DNA of 64,000 nucleotides. Origin: Eledone cirrhosa. Lineage: Eukaryota. The translations under genes and the position numbers were made by a program. The first letter of the stretch is position 1, and every line of letters begins with the position of its first letter. Positions 55,270 to 64,000 of the stretch are shown here, piece after piece. The stretch covers positions 20,956,001 to 21,020,000 of the forward strand of contig OZ024747.1 of NCBI GenBank assembly GCA_964016885.1. Reading direction: 5' to 3'. The notes beneath the pieces are model-generated. The model did no database searches and was not told the DNA's origin. It saw only the letters and a program-made list of their open reading frames with translations.

Positions 55270-56715
55270 TGTGTGTATACACCTACATAGCTGTATGCGT
55301 GTATACACCTACATGTATACATGTAGATATATCTGTATGTCTGTATACACCTACATGTATACATGTAGATATAGCTGTATGTGTGTATACATCTACATGT
55401 ATACATGTAGATATAGCTGTATGTGTGTATACACCTACATGTATACATGTAGATATAGCTGTATGTCTGTATACACCTACATGTATACATGTAGATATAG
55501 CTGTATGTCTGTATATACCTATATATACCTATATGCATACATGTAGATATATATGTGTGTATACACCTACATGTATACATGTAGATATATATGTATGTGT
55601 GTATATACACCTACATGTATACATGTAGATATAGCTGTATGTGTGTATACACCTACATGTATACATGTAGATATAGATGTATGCGTGTATACACCTACAT
55701 GTATACATGTAGATATAGCTGTATGTCTGTATACACCTACATGTATACATGTAGATATAGCTGTATGTGTGTATACATCTACATGTATACATGTAGATAT
55801 AGCTGTATGTGTGTATACACCTACATGTATACATGTAGATATAGCTGTATGTCTGTATACACCTACATGTATACATGTAGATATAGCTGTATGTCTGTAT
55901 ATACCTATATATACCTATATGTATACATGTAGATATATCTGTGTGTATACACCTACATGTATACATGTAGATATATATGTATGTGTGTATATATACCTAC
56001 ATGTATGCATGTAGATATAGCTGTATGTGTGTATATATACCTACATGTATGTATGTAGATATGGCTGTATGTGTGTATATATATACCGACATGTAACATG
56101 TAGATATAGCTGTATGTGTGTATACACCTACATGTATACATGTAGATATAGATGTATGCGTGTATACACCTACATGTATGCATGTAGATATATCTGTATG
56201 TGTGTATACACCTACATGTATACATGTAGATATAGCTGTATGTGTGTATACACCTACATGTATACATGTAGATATATCTGTATGTGTGTATATACACCTA
56301 TATGTATACATGTAGATATACCTGTATGTGATTATATATACCTACATGTATACATGTAGATATATCTGTATGTGTGTATACAACTACTTTTGCACATGTA
56401 GATATAGCAGTATGTGTGTATACACCTACATGTATACATGTAGATATAGATGTATGCGTGTATACACCTACATGTATACATGTAGATATAGATGTATGCG
56501 TGTATACACCTACATGTATACATGTAGATATACCTGTATGTGATTATATATACATACATGTAGATATATCTGTATGTCTGTATACACCTACTTCTATACA
56601 TGTAGATATAGCTGTATGTGTGTATACACCTACATGTATACATGTAGATATATCTGTATGTCCGTATACACCTACTTCTATACATGTAGATATAGCTGTA
56701 TGTGTGTATATACAT
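55270..56715. repeat. 42-bp minisatellite with an 18-bp palindrome, ~34 copies
   Basis: GTATACACCTACATGTATACATGTAGATATAGCTGTATGTGT. Confidence 0.93.
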
Positions 56716-56925
56716 ACATGTATACATACCTATTTGTGTGTACACACGTGTTACCTAGACCCTGACAGATATTTTTACCCTAACCCATTCATACGGAAAA
56801 GCATTCAAATGTACACGGACACTAATCTTCAGTTTTCCTCTTCTCTCTGTCTCCCTCCTTCTCTCTCTCATTCATATATATATATATATAGTAATAATAA
56901 TAATAATAATAATAATAGTAATAAT

Positions 56926-57260
56926 GCTTTCTTTATTGACCACAAGAGTTTACATAAAGTAGACATTAAGGACAGTACAGGACAATACAGGGTGGTACAA
57001 ATGGGCATTTCTGCGTGTAAAAAAAACAAGAAACAGAGGATGTAATAATAGAACAATGAAAAAATTCCCCAATAGGGGGGAGACTTCCGAGGGACATTCG
57101 TGGAGAAAGCCCATTAAAAAGCCACAGTGACCCTGACCACCAGGGCAAGTGCCCTCTCCCAGTTTTCCACCTTTAATTTACAGACACATACTCAGAGTAG
57201 GCCCATTCACTCGGGTCATTCTTGCCTCTCTCACCCATCTTTCAACAAAATGCTGGGAAG
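56926..57260 (-). mobile_element. Tx1/L1-like non-LTR 3' fragment
   Basis: ORF end [23 protein letters not shown], a 3' UTR with AATAAA, and a 16-bp direct repeat TAATAATAGTAATAAT at 56910-56925 and 57261-57276. Confidence 0.7.
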
Positions 57261-57329
57261 TAATAATAGTAATAATAATAAATTTGAAGACTAAAATCCA
57301 AAAAGGGCTCGATAAGGATAAATATATAT

Positions 57330-57389
<60 letters not shown>

Positions 57390-57465
57390 TATATATAAAT
57401 ATATATATATATATAAATATATTTATATATATATATATATAAATAAATATCAAATATATATATAT

Positions 57466-57497
<32 letters not shown>

Positions 57498-58144
57498 CGA
57501 TCTGTCGATCCCTCTACGGCTAATACAAGTATGTGCGGGTGAATGTACACGTTTTTTATGCCTACAAACGCATCGAATTACGGACATACAGAAACGTATG
57601 CACACACACACACACACACACATTATATATACATATATATATGTATGTATGTATGTATGGATGGATGCAATTATATACATGTATGCGTATTGAGATATGT
57701 GAAAGCATGTATATATGTACATATGCGTGGGTGTGTATAAATGTGAACATGTGGGTATAGTAATCACACAAAAGGATGCCCACATGTTCATTGTAATTAT
57801 TTATATATTTATATATATATTTATATATATATATGAGAGATCAATATAGACATATACAGACACATACGTGTAGGTGTATTAATCTATAGGTATGTATATG
57901 TATGTGTCTGTAGTGTGGTGTGTGTATGTGTCTGTATCCTTCAGAGGTCAATAAATATATGTATTGGAGTTTGATATAATCAATTGTACCTTGGAAGCTA
58001 ATACCCAAGAAATGCCACGGTCCGGTGAATGAAACCAGTAAAAGGACAAACAAATACATATCAAATACACACCCACACACAAAAAATAATATATATATAT
58101 ATATATACACACACATACATATTCAACGCTAAATAGAGGGTGTC

Positions 58145-58292
58145 ATAAGATACCAGGTGGACCATAACGCACCAGAGTACTCAATACTTAGGGTAGTAGA
58201 GTGGGTAATAGGAAAAGAGTCAGGACCCTGATGGCTGAGCTCCGGCCGTTTCAAAATGACCGGAGCTCGGCCGTCGGAGTCCTGACTATTTT

Positions 58293-58297
<5 letters not shown>
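58145..58297 (-). mobile_element. Inverted copy of the 53870 repeat ending in a fold-back
   Basis: Arms 58208-58252 and 58253-58297 are 37/45 complementary. Confidence 0.6.
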
Positions 58298-58361
<64 letters not shown>

Positions 58362-58946
58362 CATTGTCTTTTTGATACCAACCCGCTGAAACCACCTCTG
58401 GTTCTCTGGGACAAGCCCACCCATTTTAAAGGCTTCCTATTTAAATTAACATTTTCCAACATCATTTGATATTAGAACTATATGTTATTTTGCAAATGCC
58501 AACTCAATAATGTAATAATTTTTAATAAATCTCTCTCAATTCTTTCATTAATCAATTTGGATACAGTGTATTTTGTTAGAAATTCAGTCATGAATTGGTC
58601 CAAGATGTTTTGTTTTTGTTGTTTATTTTTTTATTACCATTCCATTGCTATCAGTCCACTACTACAATATAACAATTTTCAATTGGTAACTACAGACTCC
58701 AAAAGACTTTCACTCGAGCTAACTTCGTCTTTCTAACAAGTGTTACACAAGTATCCATTATATGTATTTTATAAATATTGTATTAGATTAATGAGTTTAT
58801 TTTTCAAATTATGAGGTGCAACCTTTATCAACATGTGTGGCAGGGATCCTAGATTGAGGGGGAAATAAGAAATTATACTAACTTTCATTACTGTATGCTG
58901 TATGCTACTATGTTTTAATCTTTTATTTGGATTACTTCTACTTTAA

Positions 58947-59171
58947 CTATTTTGACACCAACTCGTCCAAATCTGCCTCGGGTTTCATAGAACAAAATCA
59001 TCTATTTAGAAAATATCTATTTGAATTAATAATATATCTAACAATTTTATCTAAAAACATTTTAGTTGTGTTACAAATACCATTTTAATATTTGAAATAA
59101 GTTCAGTAACCACCTCCAAGTTTTTAATATACTAAGTCAAATATTTTATGAGAAATATGGTAATGGAAGGG
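58947..59171. mobile_element. Degenerate piggyBac-like MITE
   Basis: TTAA-CTATTTTGACACCAA ... ATGGTAATGGAAGGG-TTAA. A related fragment lies at ~58365-58620. Confidence 0.55.
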
Positions 59172-60367
59172 TTAAAATTTCTAGGTAAGAAAGCCTATTA
59201 ATAATTCTATCAAATAATCATTTAAGTAAATTAGAACTGTCTTTCCTGAAATCTTTATAGAAATACACTTTTCATTTACTAACATTTTCATCAACTATAA
59301 CAAGCCACTATTTTTTTAAAGTTTTGGTGTATTTTTTAATGAAATTGTGCTAGCAGCTGTGATACCTGGCGCTAAAGCACTACCTTCTGTTATAGCCTCG
59401 AGATGATACACAAGCTTTTAAAGTGAAATTGGGCATAGAGAGAAAAAAATAGGTGTGGAAGCCTGGCAGATGGAATGCACCTGTAATTTAAGGGCCTGTC
59501 TTGGCAGTACACAGAACCACAACATCATACTGAGATTGATTGAGAATTACTGCTAAAGGTACAAATGCCTCTGGATTAGATATGTAACTATTCACACTAT
59601 TCAGTTTATTGAACAGCTGGTATACTCATTGTCAAAATCTGGTGTAACATTCAACATTATCATCAACATCGTCATTATCATCATCATCATTGCCTTCATC
59701 ATCATCATCTGTATATCATTCAAGCACCATATTCTTGTAGAATAAGAAAAAAACAAACCACAAACGTTGCTTTCCAACCCGCTAAAGAAAGCAACCAAAT
59801 CATCCTCAAATTACACACATCTTACCATTGTCTTAATAACAGAAAGAACATGAGATATTGTAGTCTTAGAAAGTTGGAATAAAAGACTGGATGATCACGG
59901 CTGGAATGCCTTTTAACCATACATTGTTTTATTCAGAAATGACCTAGGGCTGAATAAGAACAGCAACAACCATTGACAAAAAAGATAATCATAAATTAAT
60001 CTAATATCGATTCTAAAGTATAGTCTTCTTTAATAAACAATTCCAACTTTGGAACCATTCTATTTGGTCATCAAAGAAAAATAAGGAAGAACGGACTTGA
60101 TTTAAAGTAAGTCAAAAACTTTCAAATTCAGACTTGAGTTTTTCACCCACTAATTCTATTTATTTTGTTGCTTTTTTTTTTGTTGTTTTTACATGGTGAA
60201 GAAGCTTCCCAAGAAAAACAGATGAGCGATTTAAAATTATATTATCTTAAGATTTTGTAAGGCTTCTTGATAAACATTCTCTTAGTATTTGTGGGTGCAT
60301 GGTTTTGAATGTAAATATAGTTGAGAAAGAGCAAGAGAGAAAAAGAATGAGTAACTAATTCAATTCT

Positions 60368-61366
<999 letters not shown>

Positions 61367-61454
61367 TATTTTGTATATGAGTATACATCTATTTGTGTGG
61401 ATATGCTTGTATATGATTATGAATTTGTTTATGTGAATGTGCTTCTTGTCTTGA

Positions 61455-61679
61455 TGTGTGGATATAAATGTGTTGGTATGTGTGTATATAAATGTGTTGG
61501 TATGTGTGTATATAAATGTGTTGGTATGTGTGTATATAAATGTGTTGGTATGTGTGTATATAAATGTGTTGGTATGTGTGTATATAAATGTGTTGGTATG
61601 TGTGGATATAAATGTGTTGGTATGTGTGTATATAAATGTGTTGGTATGTGTGTATATAAATGTGTTGGTATGTGTGTAT
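61455..61679. repeat. 24-bp minisatellite, 9 copies
   Basis: TATAAATGTGTTGGTATGTGTGTA. Confidence 0.93.
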
Positions 61680-61912
61680 CAGTTTAGGGCCCTATCACTG
61701 CACGTCATAAAAAGTGAATGATAATGTTAGGAAGGGCAACCAGCTTTAGAATATTACTTCAGAAAGTACTGTCCAGCCCATGCCAGTATGGAAAGTTTGA
61801 CATAGAGATGAGGATGAAGTGTGTGTTGAAGTCATACCTGTGTTCGAGTTTAATATTTTTTTTATTAAAGGTTTTTTTTATAATTCCTTATTAGTCTTTT
61901 ATGTTTAGTGGA

Positions 61913-62245
61913 TGCACCATGGCTAAATGATTAAGAGTTTTGTTTCGCAATCATTATGTCCCAGGTACAATCCCAGTGCATGACATCTTGAGCAAGTGTT
62001 ATTTACCATGACTTTAGGTCAACCTGTGCCTTGCAAAAGAACGTTTCTAGACAGAAACTGCTTTGGAAGCCCATCAGATAGACTGTACCTGTAATTCAAA
62101 AGGCCAGCCTTGCCACAAATGTGTCATGCTGAATATTCCTGAGGATTATGTTAAGGATACACATGTCTGGAATGCTCAGCCACTTACACAATAATTTCAT
62201 GAGCAAGTTGGCCTGTTGATAAAAAAACTAGAAAACTTACTATCA
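61913..62245 (+). mobile_element. SINE family B, near full length, diverged
   Basis: tRNA head TGGCTAAATGATTAAG / GGTACAATCCC, a CORE-like CTTGAGCAAGTG, and the shared body. Confidence 0.72.
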
Positions 62246-62633
62246 AATTTTCAATTGAGTTTTTATGTTTAGTTTCTAACATCAATCCTTAATAAAAATG
62301 GTACAACGCAAATATATTTATGAATACATATTTTTAAAACAACATGTTTTAAAGAAAAGCTGTGACATATGCAGACATCCCTCTCTCTCTCTTTCTCTCT
62401 CTCGCTCTCTCTCTCTCTATATATATATACACACACACATATATATATACTTACACATAAATATATACATACACTTACATACATAGTATACATGCATATA
62501 GATATATCACACTCACACACACACACATATATAGGGTATTATCTTGGTGACACACACAAACAATGCGTTGAAACATAGTGGACAACTGATGAAGGGAAAA
62601 TGTCCATCTCTTGTTTGTGTCCCTTTACTTTCT

Positions 62634-62818
62634 ATTGGCAGTATCAGTAGAGGGTCGGACGATATGCTTTGCAACATAGAGTTACGGCCCTTTATGATCT
62701 GAGTTCAAATCTCGCCGAGGTTAACTTTGCTTTTTATCCTTACGGGGTCAATAAAATAAAGTACCAGTAATGCACTGGGATAATTGCTGGTCTTGTACCA
62801 AAAGTAGAGACAATTATC
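62634..62818 (+). mobile_element. SINE family A copy
   Basis: A box, B box, core and tail are all present. Confidence 0.88.
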
Positions 62819-63119
62819 ATTAATACACACAGCTTCATCCCTCTCAATCCACATTTATGTACATATATATATACATGTTAAACAGATGAAAAAAGTACTT
62901 CTTACAAAGAATAGAGTTTAATTTATATTTATCAAGCTGGACCATTATACTACTACCAAGAGTTTCATGATTTCTTGTTGGGGCATATGGCAAATATTGA
63001 TGTATTATATATATATTGAAAATCTTAAACAATGTTTAATCATCTTTCTCTTTCTCCATGTCTCTAAATCTCTAACTGCTAAGCCACATATATATACATG
63101 TATAATTGTCATCGTTTAA

Positions 63120-63340
63120 CCCTTTAGCATTTACATTGCTCTTATATATACTATTATATTTTCACGGTAAAGGCTTTACCTCACATAATTATCTCACATA
63201 ATATCGAATCTATGAGATTTTGATATTATTTATTCTGAGAACAATACTTTAATATCAGTATGTGTGGCCGGTTAGAGCTGGTTTGAACAGAAAGAGGTGA
63301 GAGATTCTGGCCAGATACAACTGGTTTAAATGCTAAAGGG
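63120..63340. mobile_element. piggyBac-like MITE (221 bp)
   Basis: Perfect 14-bp TIRs CCCTTTAGCATTTA and TAAATGCTAAAGGG, with TTAA on both sides. Confidence 0.88.
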
Positions 63341-63499
63341 TTAATGTCCATTTTCCATTCATGTATGGGTTGGCGGTGTTGTCATATTATGAGACAAGTC
63401 AGGTCTGATGACCATGTCTTGTTCATACAGATGCACCCCATCAATAAATGTTTGTCATATCTAATTATATAAAGGAACAAAATAATAATAATAATGATG

Positions 63500-63687
63500 A
63501 TTGGGTCTACTTTTGGCATAAGGCCAGCAATTACCCCAGTGCATTACTGGTGCTTTATTTCATCGACCCCATAAGGATAAATGGTAAAATTAACCTGACG
63601 GGATTTGAACTCAGAACGTAAAGGGCCATAACCCTGTGTTGCAAAGAATGGTGGCTGACGCTCTGCCAATGCTGCCAAACCACCACC
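63500..63687 (-). mobile_element. SINE family A copy
   Basis: Tail, core, B box and A box on the minus strand. Confidence 0.8.
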
Positions 63688-63689
63688 CT

Positions 63690-63728
<39 letters not shown>

Positions 63729-63744
63729 GTTTCAATAATAACTA

Positions 63745-63913
63745 CCATATTTCCCGGCGTCGAAGATGCTACTTTTTTCCTAAAATAAGTCTCAAAAATC
63801 TACCATGCATCCTGGAGGCCAAAGGTTGTTTATTATTATTTTTTCAAATTTTTGGTTATCAAAATTAGGGTGCATCCTCGAGGACAAAGCGTGTTCGGCA
63901 CCAGAAAATACGG
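63745..63913. mobile_element. pogo/Tigger-like MITE (169 bp)
   Basis: TA-CCATATTTCCCGGCG ... CACCAGAAAATACGG-TA. Confidence 0.75.
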
Positions 63914-64000
63914 TATACTCTGGGACATGCCAATACACACACACACACACAGATCAACATCAACAGGCCAGATAATATAGTCCAGGGGCCACAAAAAAAG

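Overview
AT-rich, microsatellite-saturated animal DNA with no intact host protein-coding gene that I can support. The SINE and MITE repertoire resembles what I recall from octopus/coleoid cephalopod genomes, which is an inference. The centre (about 20.95-47.5 kb) is a single ~26.5-kb satellite of roughly 300 units with a modal length of 87 bp. It carries nested higher-order duplications and produces the very long Met/Val and Ile/Thr ORFs, which are most likely non-coding. The flanks hold a Gypsy LTR element reduced to LTR-PBS(tRNA-Trp)-integrase-PPT-LTR, a non-autonomous Helitron, three CRE-like fragments, and Tx1/L1, RTE and mariner remnants. They also hold hAT, mariner, pogo and piggyBac-type MITEs, two tRNA-derived SINE families and many minisatellites. 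The most notable small structures are an intact type I hammerhead ribozyme (388-472, minus), a Gypsy deletion junction at the 3' end of the PBS, SINE multimers interleaved with target-site copies, a MITE flanked by a ~200-bp direct duplication, and a pre-miRNA-like hairpin (14670-14737).
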